A DNA stretch of 64,000 nt, from positions 320,001-384,000 of the forward strand of contig JBITAJ010000022.1 in NCBI GenBank assembly GCA_044440125.1, in the 5' to 3' direction. The notes under the pieces are model-generated. The model made no database searches. It was not told where the DNA came from and saw only the letters and a program-made list of their open reading frames with translations. Of the stretch, positions 29,701-38,930 are shown piece by piece (within the stretch, counting starts at the first letter, position 1; each line of letters opens with the position of its first letter). A program made the translations under genes and the position numbers. Origin of the DNA: Sedimentisphaeraceae bacterium JB056 (GTDB lineage Bacteria > Planctomycetota > Phycisphaerae > Sedimentisphaerales > Sedimentisphaeraceae).

Positions 29701-30015
29701 TAGTGAATCAAAATCGCCTTCAATTCCAACATCAATCTGAAAAGTGTATTTCGAATCAGCCTGAATCGTTAAAACCGCCTGCTTTAACTGATTAAATCCA
29801 GTGCCGATACTGAGATAATTTTCTCCATCACTGGGCTGCAGCCCTGATTGAGAAGGTTTTTTAACCATGATGTTATCGGCGTATCCGGGCCAGTCTGTAA
29901 CAGGCGCAGAAACACTTGAATTATTCGGCAGGTTTTGAGATTCAAAACTGCTGTTACTAACTGTAGCGGCTAAACAAAAAGAGCAGCTTAATAGCAATGC
30001 GAATATCTTATTCAC
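26725..30015 (-). CDS. Secreted modular protein: two CBM-like repeats + right-handed beta-helix (lyase/hydrolase-like) + CBM-like domain + dockerin-like EF-hand tail
   Basis: Signal peptide; FYISSSEGSDSNDGLS..PWQS..LLPGDKVLLKRGDTF; DGCGFDFE; tail SDMDMDGDVDMMDY...ADVNTDGFVDIDDL...EQWW. Confidence 0.75.
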   Translation of the reverse strand: MNKIFALLLSCSFCLAATVSNSSFESQNLPNNSSVSAPVTDWPGYADNIMVKKPSQSGLQPSDGENYLSIGTGFNQLKQAVLTIQADSKYTFQIDVGIEGDFDSLSGDWYRCALVYEGQSGNEFIDQVNHTNQWPANNGWITVVLELSTFEQEDLIGKNLQVMLTGQNICFDNVRFSYEPGWDGVFNGSFEYDVLADGDNSVEFPFSGWMSNGADIKNPLSSEPLQPSDGDNYCRVINGSAEYYTQGGIYPQTKYEVDIDVAISSELNYGWYQVRLVYYNGSDWVVIAEVNQNNYPLYVADTWRSVHLEFTSTFGNWFYPSNIGQLLRIQLNGQGVAYDNCRIKQTILRSDVSTFYISSSEGSDSNDGLSSESPWQSFDNINKLRLLPGDKVLLKRGDTFTGQLHLWGDGDINDSIELSAYGTGDKPEIIAGDKYYGKCIVLESPEYWNINNVECREAKLGIYLRYNQAINNKNVVIENCDFYDMNQIEYWDPAYYDYELSFNAGIMVGGKLWNFNVSQNIIENLTIRNCRMINVTHGFLANWYYPPRYRNRIKNLVIEDCVNTGGYGFGIFHTNGGHMSRCYFYDGETGFMPTGTCQGILQTSKNFTIDSCVFSGTSRQGGTADGCGFDFEGDTENCVFSNNVAYNCDGQSLLILGTGGPNKNLFIKDSVFFNNCKDALHWSGHNYEMTAWDDQQQGTFENLTFYTQSSDGIYSNPAYFENFTKNNVVELPYSQIKDLTYYWHFNTEGFFEDWRWPVELDIESVSGGSLNMASSGYDPHIYTPDTWVVAAANPMAVIRYSSTLGNTGRLYFVTKNDTLWNEEKSVSFDIVSDGQLHRYDIDMFTCASYKGVITQIRIDPTDMPGSQLAIDYLKFGYPQSGITETSYYPESFTVSSGSWLVGDVDKLRQKEFCFSSCYNPDDYIAFMSNSPSQSIIKIFDFSSMSSDSQEILLDIQTKTDVSGVLIFEMYNYQQSSWQQLTQFNVDEEYSVGSYKFENLAFISNLGNARVRFELVSTSSNSIYYDYIKLRTTEIKDLLSDMDMDGDVDMMDYSRISEYWGDSPAIVTNGFCEGADVNTDGFVDIDDLLYMAEQWWQ

Positions 30016-30032
30016 TGTCAGAATTCCTATAA

Positions 30033-31109
30033 TTAATATTTACCGTATTTGATTGCCGCCTTATATGCCGCAACAACGTTCTCTTCAGGGGTATTGTCTT
30101 GTATCCAGTGCGTTGGAGCCATAATATATCCGCCGCCCGGCTTCATCGTCTCAATAGTTTCTTTCACGATCTGTTCGGTCTCTTCTGCCGTACCATAGGC
30201 CATTGGTCCTGCAGTGGAAATACAGCCGTTAAAAGCAAGCTTATCGCCATAATTTTCTTTGAGATATTCCGGCGACATATTTTCAGCCTCAGGCTGTAGC
30301 GTATCAGCTACCTTTATCCCCATCTCAATAAAATCATTAAACGCCCAACTGCTTGACCCGCAGCTATGTATCATTACGGGCAGGTCCCCATAAGCTTTTC
30401 CAATATCAACAAAACGCTGATGATTGGGACGTATATGCTTGCGGAATACATCCATACTTATCATTGGTGATTTCTGCGTACCAAGGTCCTCACCTATCCA
30501 CAGCATATCAACACCACCTTCGGCAGTTTCAAGCACCCTTCGCATTATTTCTGCCTGTATTGCCGACTTTCTTTCAAAATATTTCAAACCGGCAGGTTCA
30601 TCAGTAATAAGATCAATAAGTACCTGCTCCATAGTACGAATCATACCCGTACTGTTAATAACATCACCGAAGCCAGGATTGCCAAACACAATACAATAAT
30701 CCTTATACTTTTCGCATAACGGTTTTATTACACTGTAATCAAAATCGTCAGGTGATGGCATAGGCCAATTCTCCACCTCTTCAAGGGTTGCCTCTTTGAG
30801 CGGGAAATCACAGAAGTCTGAATAACCTCCGGATTCATTTTCCACCCATCTGGTATGAACACCCCACAACGGATCAACCGTAATGCCATCTATGGGCTGA
30901 TGAAGAATCTTACCGACATACGGCACATCAATATTACGAAAATCCACATTCAATGCCTGCAGAAGCAATTCATAATCATCACCTACGCCTAAATATTTAC
31001 GTAATCTCTTATCTATTTCAGGATTACAGCCGGTATAATTAATCGGAACTCTATCCGGTTCCACATGATTAATTGCGGCTAATGCTCTCTGTTTAGAATT
31101 CATTTGCAT
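30033..31109 (-). CDS. Uroporphyrinogen decarboxylase (URO-D)/MtaA-CmuA superfamily protein
   Basis: SKQRALAAINHVEPDRVP start; GEDLGTQ, HSCG, LQPE, GGGYIMAPTHWIQ..TP.EN. Confidence 0.85.
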   Translation of the reverse strand: MQMNSKQRALAAINHVEPDRVPINYTGCNPEIDKRLRKYLGVGDDYELLLQALNVDFRNIDVPYVGKILHQPIDGITVDPLWGVHTRWVENESGGYSDFCDFPLKEATLEEVENWPMPSPDDFDYSVIKPLCEKYKDYCIVFGNPGFGDVINSTGMIRTMEQVLIDLITDEPAGLKYFERKSAIQAEIMRRVLETAEGGVDMLWIGEDLGTQKSPMISMDVFRKHIRPNHQRFVDIGKAYGDLPVMIHSCGSSSWAFNDFIEMGIKVADTLQPEAENMSPEYLKENYGDKLAFNGCISTAGPMAYGTAEETEQIVKETIETMKPGGGYIMAPTHWIQDNTPEENVVAAYKAAIKYGKY

Positions 31110-31120
31110 CCCCGTTTATG

Positions 31121-33403
31121 TCAATCTTTAATTTCTACTGTTATGTTCTGAGGCTTGTCGATCAGTTCAATTTCATATTTCTGACCATCACCTTTAAATT
31201 TAAGTTCTAAAAATCTGCCTGCAAGCGGTACTTTGTAATCAAAGTTCTTAAAGTATCCTTTGATAGGCGGATCGATTACAACCTTACCTTTGTGAATTTG
31301 CGTAAAATCTATACCTAAAATATATTTTGGTATCGCATAACCGCAAACACCGCTCCATCCATGACAGGAAGATATAGGAACCCATGTCATTTCGTAAGTA
31401 GGCACATTTCCAAGGAAAGGATGCGGATAGACCCATTCGGGGGTATCAGGATCGAAAACTTCCCACCATGTAACAGCTCCTCTGTCGAGCATTCCTCCCC
31501 AATATCTGTAAACATGTTCAAGAATAAGATCATATCTACCTACGGCAGCCAATGCCTCGAAAACAATGAAATAGTAGGCAGGAGCAAAAGGCGGAGGAAA
31601 TTTATCAGTATCTGAAAGCTTGTCAAGGAGCGATTCAAGCTTTTCACCATCAACATATCCGCCGTATATCGCCGCTATATTACCCTGAAAAGTAGTTTTC
31701 TCAGAAAGTTTTCCATCAAAATAAGTATCCCGGTACAAACCGGTTTCAGCATCATAAAGCAAATTATTAAGACTCTTTTTATTAAGGTCTTTAGCTTCTT
31801 TTAACGAAGATGAATCTTTGCCGCATATTTCATATATTACGGCAATATCATCAAGATAGCGTGAATATACCGCATTGAGTATAACTGTTTTGCCAAGCTT
31901 GTCGATTTTATCGCTCCAGTCAAGAAACGGCGCACATTTTGCATCGTTTAACTGACTGTCCACCAAGCCGTCACTGTCCTTGTAAAGATCAATAAATGCC
32001 GCAAGCTTTTCAACATAAGGCAAAAGCTCATGCAGTAGGCTCTCGTCTCCACTATATTCGTAATATTCTTTAAGCGTACAAATCAGGTGCATGCAAAAAT
32101 CTACATGATAACACTTATTGCGCTTAGGACCGGTAGAATTGACCGAGCCATCCTCATTCTGGATAGCAAAGCATTGTCTCAAATTCTTAGCTACAAGCTC
32201 ATAATCACCGTAATAATAATAGTTGATAGGAGCCATTGCCCGCATATCAAATATCCATAGTGCCTGTTCGCGCCATGGGCAATCTTCGTAATGATACGAT
32301 GTATTCATACGCAAAGTATGCTTCGAAACATCTATTATCTCGTTGATCCTGTCATCCGAAGAGCTCGCACTTCCACTGTCATCATATGCGTACCAGGTGT
32401 TATCGATAGATACCTTTTCAACCACAACTTCACCCTCAAGGGCGATGAAGTTTATCTTAAGATATCTGAACGCTCGCCTCTGAAACGCTTTCCAGATGCC
32501 CCCCTGAGGTTTCCTGACACAGTCAAGCTTATAAAGATCAAGCGTCTCGCCATACCATATCTCATAAACCGCAAAAGCACCCTGAACCTCTATTTCCGGG
32601 TAACCAACAGTCATATTGCCAAAATCAAAAGTTACTGAAGGCATTGCCCCGTATTGGCCCGGTTTTATAGTTATGTGCTGATCTTCATAATTCACTGGAA
32701 AAGAGTTTGAATTGATCTCTACAATCGCTAAATTATTAGAAACATCAACTACTGAAACAGGTTTGATATTCTTAACTTTCAAAGGCGGCAGTTCAAGTTC
32801 GACAAGCTCTTTAACATATTTCTCATCAACCGCATCAGCTCTTACGTAAGCCGACTCCCAATCGCTTCTGTCAAAAGTTACAGACTGCCAGTCGGTAACT
32901 TTCTCGCCGTGATAACACTCGCTGTATCCTCCCCACAAACTTACGCGGGAAAAACCTGTGTATATTTCAGATGCTTTAACAAGCCATTTCTCATCAGTAA
33001 CGACTTTAGTCTGACTGTTTTGAGCACAAACCAATAAACCGCTCTTGCCATACTCAAAGCCCTGCACCGTACCGTTATCCTGCCATGGGTGGATAGCATC
33101 ACCATCATGATATAGCAGGACCGCAATAATATTTTTTCCGGTTCTAAATTTAGAAGCTTCAATCTCGATGCTGTCATAGTAATAATACCTTAGGTCGGAA
33201 ACAGCCGGCCCTCTTGTTATATATTCACCATTTACCCAAAGCATATACTGACTGACTGCGGTTATATCAATCGTCATATCCTCCGGTTTATCAAGCTCGA
33301 ATTCTCTGGCAAACTGCAAATAGAGATTTGTTCTCTCATCACAGCCTTCCATAGTAATCCATTTTGCTCCTGATTCTATCCACTTTTCATTGTTATTTTT
33401 CAT
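31121..33403 (-). CDS. GH78 alpha-L-rhamnosidase-like (alpha/alpha)6 glycoside hydrolase, cytoplasmic
   Basis: AKWI, YMLWVNG..RGP, DCPWREQALWIFD, GAVTWWE and SSCHGWS motifs. Confidence 0.8.
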   Translation of the reverse strand: MKNNNEKWIESGAKWITMEGCDERTNLYLQFAREFELDKPEDMTIDITAVSQYMLWVNGEYITRGPAVSDLRYYYYDSIEIEASKFRTGKNIIAVLLYHDGDAIHPWQDNGTVQGFEYGKSGLLVCAQNSQTKVVTDEKWLVKASEIYTGFSRVSLWGGYSECYHGEKVTDWQSVTFDRSDWESAYVRADAVDEKYVKELVELELPPLKVKNIKPVSVVDVSNNLAIVEINSNSFPVNYEDQHITIKPGQYGAMPSVTFDFGNMTVGYPEIEVQGAFAVYEIWYGETLDLYKLDCVRKPQGGIWKAFQRRAFRYLKINFIALEGEVVVEKVSIDNTWYAYDDSGSASSSDDRINEIIDVSKHTLRMNTSYHYEDCPWREQALWIFDMRAMAPINYYYYGDYELVAKNLRQCFAIQNEDGSVNSTGPKRNKCYHVDFCMHLICTLKEYYEYSGDESLLHELLPYVEKLAAFIDLYKDSDGLVDSQLNDAKCAPFLDWSDKIDKLGKTVILNAVYSRYLDDIAVIYEICGKDSSSLKEAKDLNKKSLNNLLYDAETGLYRDTYFDGKLSEKTTFQGNIAAIYGGYVDGEKLESLLDKLSDTDKFPPPFAPAYYFIVFEALAAVGRYDLILEHVYRYWGGMLDRGAVTWWEVFDPDTPEWVYPHPFLGNVPTYEMTWVPISSCHGWSGVCGYAIPKYILGIDFTQIHKGKVVIDPPIKGYFKNFDYKVPLAGRFLELKFKGDGQKYEIELIDKPQNITVEIKD

Positions 33404-33418
33404 ATAATTATCTCAAAC

Positions 33419-35413
33419 TCAGTTTTCTACTCGCCCGTCATCATTATCATCTTCTCGCACCTGATTAAGAGTTTTGAACAGTTCTTTAAGATCCTTAAAA
33501 CCGCCCCAGAGGAACCAGAAAACAGTAACCGAACCGACTATTGCCCATACAGATGTATCAAATACCCAGTATTTGCCCCAGAAATCCTCACCAGGAGAAA
33601 ACTTAAGAGCATATATGGTTACAATTATAAACAAACCAAACCAGAAGAAATTCCATATCACAATTCCATAAGCGACAAATCTGTCAAATTTAGAATATTC
33701 ATCATCAACGCAGGAAAGCTTTGCAAACCAGCTCTTTTTTTCCCTGCTAACGATCTGCTTTTCACCCTCGATTGCATACTTACCTCTATGAAGCATTTTA
33801 TCCATAGAGAATCCTTCCTTGGTTTTGGTCAGAAGAGAAACTACGATATAAACAAATATCGCACAGAAAGCTGAATAGCAGAACATTTCCATACCATTGA
33901 GCCAGAACTCTTCGGGCAGATTCTGCAACCAGGTAGTATTAGGATAAGAGGCCTTTATATTTGGAAGCATGAATGGCCAGAATATATTTAGCACAAGCAA
34001 TCCGACAACACTGAACAGCATACCGGTTATCATGGCACCCCATGCGCCTGCGGTAGTACCTCTTTTCCAATAGAGGCCGCCAATAATTACCGCTCCACCG
34101 CCGCCAACATAAATAGAGCCGGTTATCGCAAAATACATAAAAATGTATTCCTGTAACGGGAACAGCATACTCCAGAACCACACAAAAACAGCCACGCCTA
34201 TAATAGAACGGCGAAGCCATTTCATATGAGTCTCTTTGTCAAGCGGCTCCTTTCTGAGAGGCATGATGACATCCTGCACCAGAATGCTTCCCCATGAATG
34301 AAGACAAGTATCATCGGTAGATATAGCCGCCGCGATTATAGCGCCTACAAACAAACCGAGACAGCCCACCGGCAGCATCTGTTTCAAAATAAACGGTACA
34401 AGAAGCTGCTTATCTGCTCCTGCTTCCTGAAGTGAATCAATCGAAGCTTTTACAATATCAGCCTGAGAGGCAAAAAGCGGGTTATGCATAAAATAGTACG
34501 CGAATATCGGTATCAGGGCCAATACTGCCCATGTGGCGCCATAACGCCACATACCCAGGACGCTTGCCATTTTAGCCTCGTGAGGGGTTCGTGCCGAACA
34601 GTTATAACCCTGATTTCCCTGCCATGCCTTCCAGGAATAAACCTGATTAAAGGCGGCAAGAACAAAAAACCACATATTAAAGTCCTTAACACCGCCCTGT
34701 GCGAATGGATTCAATTTGGACTGATCTTCCGGAGCCTGCTTCAGAACCTCAACAACGTCACTTATTCCAAACTTATATACAAGCACTACAAGTAAAATCA
34801 AAAACACTACATTTACATATTGTGCCTGAAAAAAATCTGTAACCATAATCGCTATCTGGCCGCCCTTAAATGTTATCGTAAGAGCAACAACAAGAAGAAT
34901 AGCCATTACTACACCAAGTGTAGCATTGAGAGTTAATGGACCCACTTTGAATATATAGACGGGCAAATCACAGAAATATATAAGAAATCTTGCAGTAATC
35001 GCCGGAAATATACCATAGTTCACAACACCGGCAATATAAGAGAGAATACCGGCAAATATCCTAAACCGGCGACTATATCTCATTTCCATAAACTGAGCCA
35101 TTGTCATTGCTCTGGTCTGTCTGTAGCGATATATAACGAAACCGCTAATGCTGACAAACATCATTACGATCGCCTGCATTCTGCCCCAATAACTTGCGGG
35201 AAAACCCGATTCATAATACTGCTGAAAGGTGGCAACAAAACCTATCGCTCCCAGAGCCGCCATTCCGTCAGCAAGTGTAAGAAGATATCTTCCCGCACAG
35301 CGATCGGCAGCCAAAAAGCCAGAGACACCTTTTACGTACCTCTGAGTTTTGATACCGATCATAGCCAGAGCTATAAAAATACTTGCAACAATGAGCCAAT
35401 CTATCAAATGCAT
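33419..35413 (-). CDS. Sodium:solute symporter (SSS) family transporter
   Basis: IDWLIV..., FLAADRCAGR, TMAQFMEMRYS, LPVGCLGLF..AAAIST, GGLYWKRGT..GA; many TM helices. Confidence 0.9.
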   Translation of the reverse strand: MHLIDWLIVASIFIALAMIGIKTQRYVKGVSGFLAADRCAGRYLLTLADGMAALGAIGFVATFQQYYESGFPASYWGRMQAIVMMFVSISGFVIYRYRQTRAMTMAQFMEMRYSRRFRIFAGILSYIAGVVNYGIFPAITARFLIYFCDLPVYIFKVGPLTLNATLGVVMAILLVVALTITFKGGQIAIMVTDFFQAQYVNVVFLILLVVLVYKFGISDVVEVLKQAPEDQSKLNPFAQGGVKDFNMWFFVLAAFNQVYSWKAWQGNQGYNCSARTPHEAKMASVLGMWRYGATWAVLALIPIFAYYFMHNPLFASQADIVKASIDSLQEAGADKQLLVPFILKQMLPVGCLGLFVGAIIAAAISTDDTCLHSWGSILVQDVIMPLRKEPLDKETHMKWLRRSIIGVAVFVWFWSMLFPLQEYIFMYFAITGSIYVGGGGAVIIGGLYWKRGTTAGAWGAMITGMLFSVVGLLVLNIFWPFMLPNIKASYPNTTWLQNLPEEFWLNGMEMFCYSAFCAIFVYIVVSLLTKTKEGFSMDKMLHRGKYAIEGEKQIVSREKKSWFAKLSCVDDEYSKFDRFVAYGIVIWNFFWFGLFIIVTIYALKFSPGEDFWGKYWVFDTSVWAIVGSVTVFWFLWGGFKDLKELFKTLNQVREDDNDDGRVEN

Positions 35414-35440
35414 GTCATAACCTTAATACAAAGAGGTTTG

Positions 35441-38400
35441 TCAATATGTAGTTCTTATAAAGAGTTCTAAGTGTCCATTTTGAGCACCGGCACTATCATC
35501 AATACCAGCTTTTCCACGAAGTCTGGTGAACCTTCCTCCAAGCTCGAACTCTATTTTCGAGGGACTCTTCATTCCAATTCCTTTATCATATATCTTGCCA
35601 CCTAAAGTAAGCGGCTTGAAATGATTTTCACCGTCTCCGCCGACTCTCGTGTTTATACCAAGCCGTGAATGATCGTGAGACACTTTCGATGGTTTCATAT
35701 CGGAAAGATAATGTTCATTACCATCATTATCAACAAGAATCATATCAACCCAATCAGCGTAATCATACCACGGCAAATTATCGCTTTGAGATACTATAAG
35801 AGTAATCTTTTGAACACCGGAAACATCAATATCAATATCTTTTTCAGTTCCGCCGCCTTCAAGTAAGCCGCTCTTGAAAATATATTCCACTGAATCATAC
35901 TGATAGCGAACTGTTGGAATTACTGAGTAACCATTTTTGTCAAAGACCTTCGCTTTAACAGTGAGTGAATTGTCAATAGAAAATGGCTTTCTGTATATCT
36001 TACTGTCCATTGTTGGTTCGCTTCCATCAATCGTATATCTCAATACCACATCCTCATTGAGGACAGAGATGTTAACCTTTTGCGATTTTTCAAGGTTTTC
36101 AATCTGCGGTAATATAAAAGGTTTAGTTTCAGGCACATTAAGTAACAACGCAAACTGCTGAGTTATCTTCTCTGAACCAAAATCAAGTTTACCGTTACTA
36201 TCCTTTACAATCACCTCGCTGATAAGATCACCTGTTTCATTAATAGAGAACAGTCTGTAACCATCATAAAGATTATTCAGTGAAATTTCATTTATATCTA
36301 ATTTAAAATCTGATGCATCTCTCAGTATAATATGCCAACGATCCAGTGAATAGTTAAATACAGTTGCTGTACCACAAACACTTACCGGACCAACAGAAGA
36401 TGTCTTATCACTTTCAATACGATAGAAATCATCTGCTGCGATCTTAGTAACAACATGACCATCAACCATCTGACGACTCTGACAAAGCCCGGGACCTTCC
36501 ACATAAAAGCCTTCTGGTGCTATATTCAACAGCTTACCGTCAAACTTGTATTGTTTCTCTTTTTTACCAAAATTAACAATAGTCGTAAATCCTGAATCGA
36601 ATTTACACATTTGAAGTTCTTTGTCATCGCTCAGGAACTTATGATCGAGCAATTGATCAAAAGCAAGCTTCTCATTGAGACGACAAGTTTCATAATAAGA
36701 CTTCAGGAATCTGGAACGGTTTTTAGCCCAATCGTAATCAACTTCATCTCTCCAGAAAAGAGGAACTGTACCATAGAGAATATTTGAAAGGTCTTTGCGT
36801 GTAGCAAATTCAGGATTCGCCTCATAAAGAAATCCTTGTGTATCCCCCCAATACCATGTACTTACCACACAATCATGGTAAACAAGCTGCCACAGAGGAA
36901 TGCTGTTTGTAAAACCAAGACCGTATTTGATATAATCTGGGTTTATCTGATCCATACTCTTAGGACGCTGAAGGTTTCCGGCATCCCAACCGCCCTTCCA
37001 CCATAATGGGCCGCCTGCAGAACCTTCTGAATAATCGATAAGATCGACCGCCCAGTCATTACCATGCTCTGTTCCCAAAACAAGACCAAACTTATTGTAA
37101 TATTCAAAAAATTCTCTGCGATACTGCATATCCTGACGCCTGTCAAATTTATGCATAGGATGATAATCTTCAAAGAGATCGATAGCCGCTGAAACATCAA
37201 GAAAGCCGCCGTTAAATCCGTATTTGTATATCTGCTTAGGCAGATACACCTTTGCTGCATTCATAGCTGTTACAGAAGAACGTGAATAATACTGTGTACC
37301 GTCAGGCATAACCCAACCTGTAGCCGGCCCCATATCAGGACGTCTGTAATACGAAGATTTTTCGATATCACCTGTCAGCTGACTTTCCTCACCGGGAAGA
37401 ATATCAGAAACATTACCATATTCGTTGGTTATATAACCAAGATTATTTATCTTCTGAAGGCTTCCGGTCTCACTTAATCCATGATGAGAATTCGATATAA
37501 CACCCTTGCGGATACCATATGTTCTGGCTTGACTTACAAATGTCCAAGCATCTGTAGCACCCCATATAAATGGTGCTCCTCTTAATTTTTCGAGATTAGG
37601 CTTATACTGTGCTTTTTGTTCAAGAGTAACCAGTTTACCTTCACCCGCTGCAATATCACGGTATTTCTTAGCTAAAGCAACATAGCCGCCTTTAGACGAA
37701 AAGTAATATGCCATCTTTCTTGGATATCGGAAACTGTCAAGAGATTCCCACCAAAAAATCTGCGGCCATCTCTTGCCTTTATCATCCTTTTCAAGATTTA
37801 TGAATGCATCACATGGCGTTTTTGCAAGAACCATAAGGCCTTCACCTGTATTCTCGTCAACAACACCGACCCACGGCATATCAAGACTCAGATTTCCATA
37901 AACAAGCATATTCTGCCAATCAGGATAATCATCACTCTGATCAAGATACATGCCGCTTGATCTGTTACAGAATATAAGCTTACCCGTCTCAAAATCAGAA
38001 TAAAATTTAGGCGGAAAATTAGAATATGTGCTAAAACGCTTTGAATAGTTATCCGAAAGAAGATCAAACTCTATAAATCCGCCATCTTTCAGAGTCATAA
38101 CGCCTTCAAATGTAGATTTGGCGGCATTATCCCACAATGAAAAGGTTATCGAATTATTACCCTTTTTTGCAACATCTGTTATAAAATTACGATTCTCTGA
38201 AAAATCAGCAAACCATTTCCTTGAAGTGCGTTTATCTTGAACTGTAATTTTATATTTTGCGGCATCAAATTCAAGATCAAGAAGCTCATTTGATAACTTT
38301 ATTACTTCAGTAGAAATTTCCTTTGCGGCTTTCTTCTTTTCCACAGGAACTTCATCTTTGATGTATCTTATGTAATCAATTTCAATCTCACCCTGCTGCC

Positions 38401-38869
38401 AACCAGGATCAAATCTAACCTGCTTTAACTTTCCGTAAAGTGAAAGGGGTATTTTATAAGTATGCCACTGCCAGTCATGCTTGAGATATACATGGTTAAG
38501 TCTGCTTTGAGACCAATTCTCGTCCTCGTTAGACTGCCAGAAAACTTCTGCCTGACCGAACATGCCTTTACCTGATCTCATTTTGACTTCAAATATCAAA
38601 GGACCGTCTATATCAACTTGCGGCAAAACCAGTTGAAATTCTCCTGGCAGTACTTTCACCTTAAGCATTCCGTTTTCGACTTCTGTTTCACAAGCCTCAC
38701 TGTAGGCAAGTTTAAAATCAGGATCATCAAAATCTATTTGCTCAAGAATAGTATCTCCCATTACATAAGAAATATTAGTTAAAAGGAATAGTATAAACAA
38801 ACTAACAATGCCGAACCCTGTTTTTTCACTTAAGCAAATTTTCAATTTAAGTCCCTTTCGAAAATCCAA
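35441..38869 (-). CDS. Exported glycoside hydrolase (GH101/GH129-like) with N-terminal CBM-like domain, FN3/CHB_HEX_C-like domain and C-terminal NPCBM/NEW2 domain
   Basis: Hydrophobic N-terminus; GYVALAKKYR, FLDV, GTEHG, IPLWQLVYHD; RYTIDGSEPT; YLSDM...GKIYDKGIG...GIDD. Confidence 0.65.
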   Translation of the reverse strand: MDFRKGLKLKICLSEKTGFGIVSLFILFLLTNISYVMGDTILEQIDFDDPDFKLAYSEACETEVENGMLKVKVLPGEFQLVLPQVDIDGPLIFEVKMRSGKGMFGQAEVFWQSNEDENWSQSRLNHVYLKHDWQWHTYKIPLSLYGKLKQVRFDPGWQQGEIEIDYIRYIKDEVPVEKKKAAKEISTEVIKLSNELLDLEFDAAKYKITVQDKRTSRKWFADFSENRNFITDVAKKGNNSITFSLWDNAAKSTFEGVMTLKDGGFIEFDLLSDNYSKRFSTYSNFPPKFYSDFETGKLIFCNRSSGMYLDQSDDYPDWQNMLVYGNLSLDMPWVGVVDENTGEGLMVLAKTPCDAFINLEKDDKGKRWPQIFWWESLDSFRYPRKMAYYFSSKGGYVALAKKYRDIAAGEGKLVTLEQKAQYKPNLEKLRGAPFIWGATDAWTFVSQARTYGIRKGVISNSHHGLSETGSLQKINNLGYITNEYGNVSDILPGEESQLTGDIEKSSYYRRPDMGPATGWVMPDGTQYYSRSSVTAMNAAKVYLPKQIYKYGFNGGFLDVSAAIDLFEDYHPMHKFDRRQDMQYRREFFEYYNKFGLVLGTEHGNDWAVDLIDYSEGSAGGPLWWKGGWDAGNLQRPKSMDQINPDYIKYGLGFTNSIPLWQLVYHDCVVSTWYWGDTQGFLYEANPEFATRKDLSNILYGTVPLFWRDEVDYDWAKNRSRFLKSYYETCRLNEKLAFDQLLDHKFLSDDKELQMCKFDSGFTTIVNFGKKEKQYKFDGKLLNIAPEGFYVEGPGLCQSRQMVDGHVVTKIAADDFYRIESDKTSSVGPVSVCGTATVFNYSLDRWHIILRDASDFKLDINEISLNNLYDGYRLFSINETGDLISEVIVKDSNGKLDFGSEKITQQFALLLNVPETKPFILPQIENLEKSQKVNISVLNEDVVLRYTIDGSEPTMDSKIYRKPFSIDNSLTVKAKVFDKNGYSVIPTVRYQYDSVEYIFKSGLLEGGGTEKDIDIDVSGVQKITLIVSQSDNLPWYDYADWVDMILVDNDGNEHYLSDMKPSKVSHDHSRLGINTRVGGDGENHFKPLTLGGKIYDKGIGMKSPSKIEFELGGRFTRLRGKAGIDDSAGAQNGHLELFIRTTY

Positions 38870-38930
38870 GTATTTTGATTATGTAATACAACTATATTGA
38901 ATTCGAATCATTAAATTCGAATTTCTTTTC

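Noticed and set aside
30033..31109. hemE (heme biosynthesis)
   Set aside because: It lacks the N-terminal RQAGR signature of HemE and has no heme gene context.
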